A stretch of DNA of 63,951 bases, counting the filler, from Licmophora abbreviata (taxonomy: Eukaryota), in the NCBI GenBank assembly GCA_900291995.1. It is 16 parts of 16 records of this genome, joined end to end, with 100 filler letters (N's around TTAATTAATTAA, not from the genome) between each part and the next. Parts side by side here need not be neighbours in the genome. Positions count along the whole stretch, not along the records: positions 12,244 to 24,423 come from OLMU01003761.1; positions 24,524 to 27,435 come from OLMU01003762.1; positions 27,536 to 33,525 come from OLMU01003763.1; 13 more parts are not named here. One strand, 5' to 3'. The notes beneath the pieces are model-generated. The model was not told the DNA's origin and made no database searches. It saw only the letters and a list, made by a program, of their open reading frames with translations. Shown piece by piece: positions 19,584 through 29,769 of this stretch (positions are counted from its first letter, which is position 1; each line of letters starts with the position of its first letter). The position numbers and the translations under genes are program-made.

Positions 19584-19907
19584 ATGAAGAAGACATTGAC
19601 AATTCTTGGTTTTATCGCGGTTTTCCCGGCGGGTGCCGCATTGGCGGATGATGATTGCTATGCGCCGATGGCGGATTGGCAGCCGCGCGAGACAGTTGCT
19701 CGGCTCGCCGCCGAGAATGGCTGGGCGGTGCGTCGTATCAAGATCGACGATGGTTGCTACGAGATCGACGGCAGGGATGCCGCCGGACGGCGCATCGAGG
19801 TGACGCTCCATCCTGAGACGCTCCAGATCATCGAGTTCGAATACGAAGACGACGATGATGATGACGACGATGACCGCCGCAACCGCAAAGGTCATGACGA
19901 TGACTGA
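19584..19907 (+). CDS. Secreted PepSY-domain protein with poly-Asp tail
   Basis: Signal peptide (ALA), [27 protein letters not shown] and EVTLHPETL. Confidence 0.88.
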   Translation: MKKTLTILGFIAVFPAGAALADDDCYAPMADWQPRETVARLAAENGWAVRRIKIDDGCYEIDGRDAAGRRIEVTLHPETLQIIEFEYEDDDDDDDDDRRNRKGHDDD

Positions 19908-20565
19908 TGCAATCGATCACGACGTCCGGCATATCGATACGAGCGCGCCCGGCATGGTCCGGGTCTGGGACGCGGTCATCAGGATGTTTCACTGGGCTCT
20001 TGTCGCGACCGTCGCGCTGGCTTGGGCGAGCGCGGAAGAGCTTTCGAGGATACACGAGCTGTCCGGCTACGCGGTTGCAGGACTTGTCGCGATCCGGCTG
20101 GTATGGGGGCTTCTGGGAAGCCGCTATGCGCGCTTTTCTCAATTTGTCAGGCCCCCCCGGGCGACCCTTGCCTATCTGCGCGACATGTTGCGTGGGCAGG
20201 AACGGCGTTATCTGGGGCATAATCCGGCGGGCGCGGTCATGGTGCTGTCTTTGCTTGCAACGCTCTCCTGCGTCGCCGGCACAGGATGGCTCATGGATGC
20301 GCCCGATCGCTTGGCAATGGTGCCGTCTATTTTGGCTCCCGCATGGACGGACGAGGTCGATGCGCATCGCGCATACGGTGAGCATGCCGAGTCCATGAGA
20401 GAGACACTCGAAGAGGCGCATGAGGTCTTCGCCAACATGTTGCTCTTGCTGGTCGCGCTGCATATGGGCGGTGTGATGCTGGCGTCGGCCCGCCATCGCG
20501 AGAACCTTGCTGGCGCGATGGTCACCGGAGACAAGCGCGCGCCCGTTTCGGACGATATCACCTGA
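19900..20565 (+). CDS. Di-heme cytochrome b (Ni-hydrogenase b-type/b561 family)
   Basis: VRVWD..IRMFHW, IHELSGY, RLVWG..GSRYARF, GHNPAG, HE...LH and ENL..AMVTG motifs. Confidence 0.9.
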   Translation: MTDAIDHDVRHIDTSAPGMVRVWDAVIRMFHWALVATVALAWASAEELSRIHELSGYAVAGLVAIRLVWGLLGSRYARFSQFVRPPRATLAYLRDMLRGQERRYLGHNPAGAVMVLSLLATLSCVAGTGWLMDAPDRLAMVPSILAPAWTDEVDAHRAYGEHAESMRETLEEAHEVFANMLLLLVALHMGGVMLASARHRENLAGAMVTGDKRAPVSDDIT

Positions 20566-20595
20566 CACAAAAGCCCCAAGAGCAACCGGCCACCT

Positions 20596-20627
20596 GGCCC
20601 CGCTGTCACTGGCGGGGCCTTTTTTTC
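20596..20627 (+). terminator. Rho-independent terminator
   Basis: GGCCCCGC-N8-GCGGGGCC followed by T7. Confidence 0.8.
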
Positions 20628-20640
20628 TGGCGGGCGCTTC

Positions 20641-20689
20641 CTGACAGCGAGCTGACGTGGAAAGCGTCGGGCCGTCAGGAAACCCTCAG
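20641..20689. promoter_or_regulatory. Putative response-regulator operator array 2
   Basis: CTGAC-N6-CTGAC-N17-GTCAG-N6-CTCAG upstream of the second PepSY gene. Confidence 0.7.
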
Positions 20690-20735
20690 ATACCGGCGCC
20701 AAATTGATCTCAGCAGCAACAAAGGAGATACTGCC

Positions 20736-21125
20736 ATGAAAAAGACACTGATCGCCCTGACCCTTTTCGCCACCTTGCCAGCAGGCGCCGTGCTTGCGGA
20801 TGACGATGATTGTTTCGTGCCCCGTGATCAATGGCAGCCGCAAGAGGCCGCGATGCAACTGGCGCGGCAAAACGGCTGGACAGTGCGCGAGTTCAAGATC
20901 GACGATGCCTGCTACAAGATCGAGGGACGCGATCCCAATGGTCGTCCAATCGAGGTGAAACTCGACCCGGGCACACTCCAGGTGGTCGAATTCGAGTATG
21001 AGGATTACGATGATCGCCGCGGCTCGCTCAACCTCGCACCTGCCAATTCCGTCGCGCCCTCGGTCTCGCCGCAGCGAAATGCCCCTCTGGAACCGGATGA
21101 CAGTTCCCTGCGTCAGGTCAACTGA
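20736..21125 (+). CDS. Second secreted PepSY-domain protein (paralogue)
   Basis: MKKTL...ADDDDC.VPRDQWQP..GWTVREFKIDDACYKI..EFEYED; AAGGAG RBS. Confidence 0.88.
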   Translation: MKKTLIALTLFATLPAGAVLADDDDCFVPRDQWQPQEAAMQLARQNGWTVREFKIDDACYKIEGRDPNGRPIEVKLDPGTLQVVEFEYEDYDDRRGSLNLAPANSVAPSVSPQRNAPLEPDDSSLRQVN

Positions 21126-21769
21126 CGACCTTCCCGGCCTTGCCTTGGCAGGGCCGGCGATGGCTTTCACGCTGCGACAGACAGGTCCGTGACAGGACGC
21201 ATGCGGTTGATGCCAGCAAAAGACAGGAGCGTCGCTACTTTTCTGAGACGGTGGCGGCGCCCCTTCGTCTTGTCGTGCCGTAACCGGACGACAGGGTCGC
21301 CTGCGCCATGCGGATCATGCCCTTGATACCGGCAGAGCCGGTTGCCGCCCATACGCGCGATATCGAACAAGCCCTGGCCCAAGCTCGGCCAGCGGCGGCA
21401 ATGCGTCTCTCCGCTCTGCCAAGGGGCGATCCGTGATCATCCTGCCGGGCCAGCCTTATGGCGTGCAAACCGCGCAATGATGCCGCCGCCTCGCTCCTTC
21501 CGGCCCCCACTTTCATTGTTCTCCAAATACTCACATGGGATCTCCCGTGGCGCTGCCGAGACACATGAGGCAGACGGATGCAGGCCCGACAAGACGTGAT
21601 GGCAGAAAATGCCTTCAACCGACAGCAGGCCGATCCGAATGGCGCCTGACCAAGATTGAATAACTTCAATGCCTGGACAGGCGGGTTTTGATCCGACGCC
21701 CAAGAGACCGGCAGTCCCATGGTCCCATCATGCCGGACCTTAGGGGTTTGCGCCCTCGGCCCCCAAGCC

Positions 21770-22762
21770 CTAATCCACGGACAAGACGATTTTTCCGACA
21801 TGCCCGCCCGCTTCCAGCTCGGCATGGGCGTCGCAGGCGCGGTCAAGCGGGTGGACCGAATGGATCACCGGCTTGACGGTGCCATTTTCCAGAAGCGGCC
21901 AGACCTTGCGCTGCAGATCTGCGGCGATCAGACCCTTTTCTTGCGGCGTTTGCGGACGCAGGGTGCTGCCGCACAGGCTCTGGCGCTTGCGGATCATGCC
22001 TTCGATATTCACCTCTGCCTTCCCGCCGCCCAGAAAGGCGATGATGACGAGCCGCCCCGCAACGGCCAGTGACGCAAGATTGCGCTCCAGATACTCGGCG
22101 CAGATCATATCAAGAATGATATCGACGCCGCGCCCCTCGGTCAGGCGCAGGATCTCTTCCTCGAAACGCTCCGTTCTGTAGTTGATGGCCTCGGTGGCGC
22201 CCAAGTTCCGGCACGCCAGACATTTTTCATCTGTGCCGGCCGTGGCATAGACCGTCGCACCAAAGGCGCGGGCCAGCTGGATCGCGGTGGTGCCGATGCC
22301 GCTTGCGCCGCCATGTATCAGGACAGTGTCCCCCTCGGCCAGCCGCCCGATGCGGAAGAGGTTCGTCCAGACGGTGAAGAAGGTTTCGGGGATGGCTGCG
22401 GCCTCAATCGCCGTCAGGCTCGCGGGCCAGGGCAGAACCTGCTCTTCGGGCGCCACGCAATATTCGGCATATCCGCCGCCTGCCACCAGGGCGCAGACCT
22501 TGTCGCCATGCGAAAACCGCCTGACGCCTTCGCCGCAGGACACGATTTCGCCTGCGACTTCCAGCCCGAGCACCTCGGTGATGCCGGGAGGTGGCGGATA
22601 TCCGCCTTGGCGCTGACGCAGATCAGGGCGATTGATCCCTGCGGCTGCGACCCGGATCAGCACCTCGCCCGGGGCGGGTTCGGGAACGGCGATCCCGCGC
22701 GGCTGAAGAACCTCGGGGCCGCCTGGGCTGGTGGCGAAGATGGCTTGCATCATGTGGTTCAT
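21770..22762 (-). CDS. NAD(P)H:quinone oxidoreductase (PIG3/zeta-crystallin MDR)
   Basis: GINRPD, LGLEVAG, PETFFTVW, HGGASGIG, GSTLRP and GHVGKIVL motifs. Confidence 0.93.
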   Translation of the reverse strand: MNHMMQAIFATSPGGPEVLQPRGIAVPEPAPGEVLIRVAAAGINRPDLRQRQGGYPPPPGITEVLGLEVAGEIVSCGEGVRRFSHGDKVCALVAGGGYAEYCVAPEEQVLPWPASLTAIEAAAIPETFFTVWTNLFRIGRLAEGDTVLIHGGASGIGTTAIQLARAFGATVYATAGTDEKCLACRNLGATEAINYRTERFEEEILRLTEGRGVDIILDMICAEYLERNLASLAVAGRLVIIAFLGGGKAEVNIEGMIRKRQSLCGSTLRPQTPQEKGLIAADLQRKVWPLLENGTVKPVIHSVHPLDRACDAHAELEAGGHVGKIVLSVD

Positions 22763-22769
22763 GGAGGAT

Positions 22770-24118
22770 CTACCTTTGCAATGAAATGAATGCGGCAATA
22801 GCGCAGAACAGCCCGGTCGCCAGCAGCGACAGGCAGGTGAGTTTGATGTTGCCCGACCGCACGAGCGGTCCTGCCTCAAGCCCCATCACCCGACTGGTGA
22901 TCAGAACGTTGGCGGTGAAGGGGGAAGAGGCGGCGGTAATGCCCCATCCGATGATCGCGGCCAGCGCCAGCCAGATCAGCGCGGCTTCGGGCACAATCGG
23001 GTGCAGCACGCCCAGAAGGATACTGGCCGAAACGATTGGGTTTATGGCCCAGAGACCTCCACTGACCATCCCGACAGGAACCAGCGCGATCAGCGCGGGA
23101 ATCACGATATCCGGCGGGGCGGATAAGGCGCCGTCGAATGTGGCGATTGCTTTGGCGATGATGGCGCCCAGAAAACCGGCTCCCGATACGATCACGATTT
23201 CATTGACGCCCGTTTCGACCGTGACCGCCAGTTCTTCATGCAATCCCGGCGCGCTGCCGGCCCATGTCTGCAACGCCCACCAGGACAAAGAAAAACCCAG
23301 AACGGCGAAAGCACGGACTCGGGCATCGAAAGCCCGACCAACTGATTGAGGCCGAACGCGACCGTGACCAGCAGCGCAACCCTCAGCACGACCCGCGCCA
23401 GCACCTTCTGCTCGTGGAGCGGGGGCAGGGCGCGCGCCAGATCCGTTTGTGCTGGCGAGCTCTTCGACAGAAGATAACCGGCGATTACGTAAATCAGGCC
23501 GGCGGCGATGCCGAAGGGCAGGATCTGAAAATAATCGACCTCCGGCAGGATCGACAAGGTGATGATCGTCGACAGCGCAAGCGGTGACCACATCGGCATC
23601 GCTGCGAACCCGCGCAGCATGGCCAGCGTCAGGTCTTCGATCGCGTTCTGACGCGCAAGCGTCTCCCTGCTTTGGGCCAGCAGCGTCGCCATCAGGCTGG
23701 CCGCCCCGAAATTGAGAAAGATCGCGAAGATATGCGTGCCGAAGGTCACGAAAAGATACCGTGCCCCGCGCGGTCTGCTCGCGACCACCGCGGCGGCGCT
23801 TCGGATATCGGGTGCCCGCGAGGCGGCGCGGCTCAGCATGCCGAGGGCGATCAGGAAGGCGCCCAGGAATGTCACGCGCGACATGGCGTCCGAGGCGTCA
23901 AGCCAGCCTGTGATCCAGACCAAGAAGAACAACACGGTCACGATGCTTCCGATGATCCTTGCGGGTCGGTTGAGACGGCGGTGGTTCAAAACGGCAAGGG
24001 CGATCAACGCGCATGCCACGGGACTCTCGGGAACGGGATGCATGATCGACATGGCCCCTGCGCCCAGCAGAAAAAACGCGAGTGCAGTGTTGAGCCTTGC
24101 CTTCAAGGGATGTGCCAT
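22770..24118 (-). CDS. Multi-pass membrane protein (transporter-like), split by an apparent 1-nt frameshift at about 23309
   Basis: Two hydrophobic ORFs join if one T is added to GTG-CTT-T(T)C-GCC, giving ...MPESVLFAVLGFSLSWW...; contains LRGFAAMPMWSP and ASSPF helix-break motifs. Confidence 0.7.
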
Positions 24119-24128
24119 GACGGGCCTG

Positions 24129-25017
24129 TCAGCCATCCACGGCCTGGCGGATGCTTGCCGACAGGCCGCCATCGACGACCAATTCGGTCCCCGTGATATA
24201 GCCCGCCCTGTCCGAGGCCAGAAAAACGGCCGCCTCGGCGATATCCCAGGCGCTGCCCATCCGGCCAAGCGGACATTGCCGTGCGCGCGCCTCGCGCATC
24301 TGGGCTTCTGTCTTGTCACCGTAACTTTTCGCCAAGGTGATGCCGATCCGGGGCGTGTCGATCAGACCGGCGATGATCGCATTGACGCGGATGCCCTCCG
24401 GGGCCAGTTCGACGGCGAGTGCGNNNNNNNNNNNNNNNNNNNNNNNNNNNNNNNNNNNNNNNNNNNNTTAATTAATTAANNNNNNNNNNNNNNNNNNNNN
24501 NNNNNNNNNNNNNNNNNNNNNNNGTGGCGGAATAGGCAAGATGCGGATACCCCACATGCCGGATCGACGCGATCGACGATGTGATGGTGATGACACCGCG
24601 CCCCTGAGCGCGCATCAGCGGTAGCGCGGCCTGTGCCGCGACATGCAGCGAGGTCAGGTTGGCGTCGCTGATGCGCCGCCAGTCCACAGGGCTGGTATTC
24701 TGCGATGGGCCGCTTTTGCCAAGCCCCACATTGCAATGCAGGATATCAAGCCGTCCATGGCGCTCTTCGATATCGCCAATCAGGTCCGTGACGCTGGAAT
24801 CCTCCAGCACGTCGACCGTGCGGGCTTCGGCCTTGCCGCCCTCGTCATGGATCAGTCGCACCGTGTCGGCCGCGGATGCCGGATCGGCATCCGCCGCGAT
24901 GACATGCGCGCCCGCACGCGCCATGCATATGGCGATCGCTCGGCCGATACCGATGCCTTCGGCAATCGATCCCGCGCCGATCACAAGCGCGATCCGGTTT
25001 GCAAGCTCCTGGCTCAT
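24129..25017 (-). CDS. Short-chain dehydrogenase/reductase (interrupted by gap 24424-24523)
   Basis: GAGS..EGIGIG, CNVG and HLAYSA before the gap; IRVNAIIAGLIDTP...YITGTELVVDGG after it. Confidence 0.88.
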
Positions 25018-26519
25018 GACGCACCCGAGGCGCGTATCGCGTCCCGTTTGGCGCGTGTCGCACGCAACTCGCGCCGGATGCCCACGACGAGCGAGAAGAT
25101 TGTTATCGTGATGAAGATCCAGCAGATCGGGCTACGGAAGAAGATCAGGATATCCTCGGAGATCAGGAACGACCGGCGCAGGTTGTCCTCGAAGAGCGGG
25201 CCGAGGATGAAGCCCATCAGGAACGGGGCGGCCGCCATGTTGATCTTCATCATGATGAAGCCCAGAACGCCAAAGGCCAGCATCACACCCACATCGAACA
25301 TCTGGCTTTGAACCGCATAGCTGCCGAAGACGCAGAACATCAGTACGATGGGCAGCAGGATATGGCGCGGAATGTCCGCGATACGCGCGAAATACCGGAT
25401 CGCAAGCTTGCCCGAGCCCAGAAGCACGATGGAACTGAGCATGATCCCGATGAAGATCGCGTAGATGATCGTGATATTGTCCTGGAACATCAATGGACCC
25501 GGCGTCAGGCCCTGAAGCATGAAGGCGCCAAGGATCACCGCCGTGACGACATCGCCGGGAATACCAAGCGCGAGAAGCGGTATGAGAGTCGCTCCCGCCA
25601 CGCCGTTATTGCCCGCCTCCGAGGCGGCAACGCCTTCGACATTGCCCTTGCCGAAGGTTTCGGGCGATTTGGCCGTCCGGCGCGCCTCGCCATAGGACAG
25701 GAAGGCCGCAGCGGTGGCACCGGCGCCGGGGATGGTGCCGATGATGACACCGATGAAACTGCCGCGGACGATGGACAGCAGGCTGCCCTTGAATTCCGCA
25801 AGTGTCACGCGGCTCCGGTCCGCGGCCTTGACCGTGAAGGGGGCGACCTTGCGCACATAGAAGTCGATCACTTCCGGCAAAGCGAACAGACCGATGAGCA
25901 GGGGAATATAGCTCACGCCGCCCATCAGGTTGAAATTGCCATAGGTGAAGCGTTGCGTGCCATAGACCAGATCCAGCCCGATGGTGGAGGTCAGCAGACC
26001 CAGAAGCCCCGAGATCAGGCCCTTGGTCAGTGACGACCCCGAGATCGAGATCACCACCGTCAGAGAGAAGCAGATCAGCCAGAAGTATTCCGGTGGCCCG
26101 AAGGCCAGTGCCAGACCCGCGATCAGGCTGGCAAAGAAGATCAGCGACAGGTTGGACAGGAAATCCGCGATGCAGGACGCATAAAGCGCCATGTTGAGCG
26201 CCTTTCCCGCCTGTCCCTTCTGGGCCAGCGGGTAGCCATCCAGCACGGTGCAGGCGGCCGCCGGTGTGCCCGGGGCGCGGATCAGGATTGCCGTGATCGA
26301 CCCGCCGAACACGCCGCCCTTGTAGACCCCGACAAGCAACAGGATGCCGGTGACGGGATTGAGGTTGAAGGTGAAGGGCAGCGCCAGGGCCACGGCCATT
26401 GTGGCCGTCAGGCCCGGGATCGCCCCCACGACAACGCCAAGACAGACCCCGGCGGTGATCGCTAGGATATTGCCAAGGGTGAAGAAAAGTTCGAAACCGG
26501 TCGCGATGTTTTCAAACAT
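25014..26519 (-). CDS. tctA: Tripartite tricarboxylate transporter large permease
   Basis: GAIPGL, GGSITAIL..PGTP, DGYPLAQKG, EAGNNG, LGIPGD and GLTPGP motifs. Confidence 0.93.
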   Translation of the reverse strand: MFENIATGFELFFTLGNILAITAGVCLGVVVGAIPGLTATMAVALALPFTFNLNPVTGILLLVGVYKGGVFGGSITAILIRAPGTPAAACTVLDGYPLAQKGQAGKALNMALYASCIADFLSNLSLIFFASLIAGLALAFGPPEYFWLICFSLTVVISISGSSLTKGLISGLLGLLTSTIGLDLVYGTQRFTYGNFNLMGGVSYIPLLIGLFALPEVIDFYVRKVAPFTVKAADRSRVTLAEFKGSLLSIVRGSFIGVIIGTIPGAGATAAAFLSYGEARRTAKSPETFGKGNVEGVAASEAGNNGVAGATLIPLLALGIPGDVVTAVILGAFMLQGLTPGPLMFQDNITIIYAIFIGIMLSSIVLLGSGKLAIRYFARIADIPRHILLPIVLMFCVFGSYAVQSQMFDVGVMLAFGVLGFIMMKINMAAAPFLMGFILGPLFEDNLRRSFLISEDILIFFRSPICWIFITITIFSLVVGIRRELRATRAKRDAIRASGAS

Positions 26520-26522
26520 GGA

Positions 26523-27047
26523 TCACATCCAGTCTTCGAAAAAGCCGAGCGGCATCGGGACCTGCGCGACTTGGGTGAAAAACAGATAGACCAGCAGCGG
26601 CACGCTGATCCCGACACCAATCAGGATGACGGGCCTGCGTTCGCCGCCAATGGCAAGAAGCGCTATGGTTACCACCATGGAGGTCACCAGCATCCCCAAT
26701 TGATCGGGCAGCAGCAAATAGACCAGAAGCAGTGCGACGAGCATCAGAACGCGGCTCTTCCACTTGGGATGTGCATCGAGCGCGCCCGCTTCCTCCTCTG
26801 CAGGGATATGCGGGGCAAAGATGGCTTCGAGCAGGTGGACCAACGCGAAGATGCCGATGGCGGCCGTCAGAAGATAGGGCAGGAAAGCAGGCGAAAGCGG
26901 CAAATGCTTGACCGAAGCCGGGGTCACGACGCCGCCCGGAATGACGAAAAGTCCAAACAGGACCGAGGCCGCAAGCGTCAATGCCGCGAACAGGATTTCG
27001 CGGCGTCGCCCCTTGCGGGCATTGGTTTGAGTGGTGGTCTCGCTCAT
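26523..27047 (-). CDS. tctB: Tripartite tricarboxylate transporter small permease
   Basis: About four TM segments, located between tctC and tctA; SPAFLP and F...QVPMPLG motifs. Confidence 0.8.
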   Translation of the reverse strand: MSETTTQTNARKGRRREILFAALTLAASVLFGLFVIPGGVVTPASVKHLPLSPAFLPYLLTAAIGIFALVHLLEAIFAPHIPAEEEAGALDAHPKWKSRVLMLVALLLVYLLLPDQLGMLVTSMVVTIALLAIGGERRPVILIGVGISVPLLVYLFFTQVAQVPMPLGFFEDWM

Positions 27048-27116
27048 GGCTGCTCCTCCGATGCCGCCCGGTTTCGGCGGCGGCCCGTGCGGACCGCCAC
27101 CGAAGATGTCGTGAAT

Positions 27117-28233
27117 TTACTCGACTGTGACGCCGGCTTCGTCGACGACGGTTTTCCAGCTTGCCAATTCGCTTGCGATGAACGCGCTGAACGCTTCGGG
27201 GCTGCCGCCTTCGATATCGGCGCCGCGCGTATCGGCGAAATTGACAAAGCCTTCGCTTGCGATGACCTGGTCCAGCGCCTCGGATAGGGTTGCGATCACT
27301 GCCGTATCCGTCCCCGACGGTGCCAGCAGACCGAACCACGAGCGTGCCGCGAACCCGTCGAGTTCCGGGATATCAAGCTCGTCCAGCGTGGGGACGCCGT
27401 CGAGTTTCGACGACCGTTCCGGCGTGGTCACGGCCNNNNNNNNNNNNNNNNNNNNNNNNNNNNNNNNNNNNNNNNNNNNTTAATTAATTAANNNNNNNNN
27501 NNNNNNNNNNNNNNNNNNNNNNNNNNNNNNNNNNNGTTTCGACGACCGTTCCGGCGTGGTCACGGCCAAAGCGCGCAACGCACCCGACTCGATATGCGGC
27601 ATGGCCGAGGGCAGGTTGTCGAACATCACGTCCACGTCACCGGCCAGCAAAGCAGGTACGGCCTCGCCGCTGCCACGGAACGGAACATGGGTCATGTTCG
27701 CACCTGTGCGGGACTTGAACATCTCACCCGACAGGTGGATCGAGCTGCCAACACCGGACGATCCGAAGGTTTTGCCCTCTGCCTTGGCCGCTGCGAGGAA
27801 TTCACCGGCGGTCTGGAACGGACTGTCCTTGTTGACGACCATCACGTTGGGAATGGACATCAAAAGCTTGATCGGTGCGAAATCCGCGACCGGATCATAT
27901 TGCAGGTTCTTGTAGACCGCAGGTGCGATCCCATGCGACGACACCTGACCCATGAACAGCGTATAGCCATCGGGACGGGCATTCGCCGCTTGCGTGGTGC
28001 CAAGCGTTGCCCCCGCGCCGGGACGGTTCTCGACCGTCACGGTTTCATCCAGAACCTTGCTCAGACCGTCCGCCACCTGACGCGCCAGAATGTCGGTACG
28101 CGCCACCGGCGCTGTAGGGAACGATGATGGTGATACGCTTGGTGGGATAGTCCTGCGCCATGGCCGAGGTGCCGAAGGCCAGCATCGACGCGGCTCCAAG
28201 AGCACCGACGATCGTTCTTCTGGAAATTTTCAT
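27117..28233 (-). CDS. tctC: TctC/Bug periplasmic binding protein (false gap inside; +1 frameshift at about 28099)
   Basis: Signal peptide, YPTKRITIIVPYSAGG-/-TDILAR, VENRPGAG, PDGYTL, GSSGVGSSIHL, HVPFRGSG, DGVPTL and WFGLLAPSG. Confidence 0.85.
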
Positions 28234-28284
28234 CTTCTTCTCCTCCATTGGGTGTAGATGTCTTTCTGGGTGTTCGGATGATGT

Positions 28285-28998
28285 TCATGCAGATCCGATC
28301 GTCATGCCTCCGCAGACGAAAAGAACCTGCCCCGTCACGAATCCCGATCTCTCCGAACAGAAGAACGACACGGCATCCGCCACGTCTTCGGGTGTTCCGG
28401 TACGTTTGACCGGCACGGAGGCGATGATCTTCTCCGTGCGCGGATCCCCTGGCGGGTTGACCTTGTTGAAAAGCTCCGTCGCGATCGGACCGGGGCCGAT
28501 GGCATTCACGGTGATCCCGTGCTGTCCCAGCTCAAGGGCCCAAGTCTTGGTCATGCCATGCAGGCCCGCCTTCGTCGCCGAATATGCCGTGCGAAGTTCC
28601 TTGCCGAGGGCGACGCGGCTCGAGATGTTCACCACGCGGCCCACTCGGGCCTCCATCATCGACGGCAGGGCGGCTTGCAGGCACACGAGTGGCGCGCGCA
28701 GGTTGACCGCGGCCACCCGATCGATCGAGAACGGATCGGTCGAGATCACATCCGCAGGTTCCACGATGCCGGCATTGTTGACCAGCCGTGTCACTGATCG
28801 GCCCTTGCAGAACGCACCAAGTGCCGCCTGTGTCGCCTCGACATCCGATAGATCAAGCTCGATCACCTCGTCTGCGCTGTCATGCTCGGGCGGGATGCGG
28901 TCCACCACGGCGACCCGCAGACCATCCGCCTTCAGCCTTTTGGCAACAGCCGCCCCGATCCCTCTGGCGCCCCCTGTGACGATTGCGAAATCCTCCAT
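28285..28998 (-). CDS. Short-chain dehydrogenase/reductase (FabG-like)
   Basis: TGGARGIG, NNAG and YSATK motifs; start MEDFAIV at 28998. Confidence 0.92.
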   Translation of the reverse strand: MEDFAIVTGGARGIGAAVAKRLKADGLRVAVVDRIPPEHDSADEVIELDLSDVEATQAALGAFCKGRSVTRLVNNAGIVEPADVISTDPFSIDRVAAVNLRAPLVCLQAALPSMMEARVGRVVNISSRVALGKELRTAYSATKAGLHGMTKTWALELGQHGITVNAIGPGPIATELFNKVNPPGDPRTEKIIASVPVKRTGTPEDVADAVSFFCSERSGFVTGQVLFVCGGMTIGSA

Positions 28999-29002
28999 CG
29001 GG

Positions 29003-29767
29003 TCAGTCTTCGAACGGAATGGCTTTGTCGATCGTTTCCCAGATGAAACGACCGGACGGTTTGCGCTGTTCCTCGGCGATATGGGCGACAAGACCGGCCG
29101 CGCGCGAGATAACCGCAAAGCCGCGCATCAGCTCGACCGGGATATCCATGTCTCCAAGCAGGGCCGCCGTGGCACCTGTCGCGTTGATGGTGATGTGGCG
29201 CTGGAACTCGGCATCCACCGCCGCCGACAACGCGCGCAGCGCCTTCAGATGGCGTGGATTTTGACATTCCGCCTCGCCGATCTCCAACAGCTTGAGCGCG
29301 CGCGGATCATCGGGCTTGTGCAGATGGTGGCCAAAGCCGGGCAGATGCGCCTTTCGCGCGCGATGCTCGCGCACGATTTCGGCGGCGCGCTTGGCCTGCG
29401 TCTCCGGCTCAAGATCGACCAGTTCGGCCAACAGGCGGGCATTGTTCTCGATCGTGCCGACAAACTGACTTCCGACAGCCAGAAGGCCCGCCGCAACCGC
29501 ACCCTGCAGGTTTTCGGGCGCGGACATATAGATCGACCTTGTGGCGATGGCGCTGGGCGTAAGGCCGTGCTCCATCATGGTGATGAGGATCGCGTTCATG
29601 ATGCGCATCTGGCTGGGCGTCACGTCACGGCCCAGAATGTGCTGCATCATCACGGTGACGAAATCGCTGTCCTTCGCGAGCAGTTCATCGACAAGATTGC
29701 GGTCCCGATAAAAGATCTCGGTATCGTTATACCGGCAAAGGGATGTTGTCGGTGCGGTTTTGGACAT
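29003..29767 (-). CDS. Citrate-synthase-fold citryl-CoA-lyase-like protein
   Basis: EHGLTPS, AVAAGLL, PGFGH..HKPDDPR and SRAAGLVAHI.EE motifs; 254 aa from MSKTAP at 29767. Confidence 0.85.
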   Translation of the reverse strand: MSKTAPTTSLCRYNDTEIFYRDRNLVDELLAKDSDFVTVMMQHILGRDVTPSQMRIMNAILITMMEHGLTPSAIATRSIYMSAPENLQGAVAAGLLAVGSQFVGTIENNARLLAELVDLEPETQAKRAAEIVREHRARKAHLPGFGHHLHKPDDPRALKLLEIGEAECQNPRHLKALRALSAAVDAEFQRHITINATGATAALLGDMDIPVELMRGFAVISRAAGLVAHIAEEQRKPSGRFIWETIDKAIPFED

Positions 29768-29769
29768 GG

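Noticed and set aside
19855..19899. Met/Thr-rich N-terminal extension of the cytochrome b
   Set aside because: It is an alternate-frame reading of the PepSY poly-Asp codons.
27404..27567. Direct repeats flanking gaps as target-site duplications of hidden IS elements
   Set aside because: Variable lengths (16-32 bp) and in-frame restoration on merging indicate unmerged contig overlaps.
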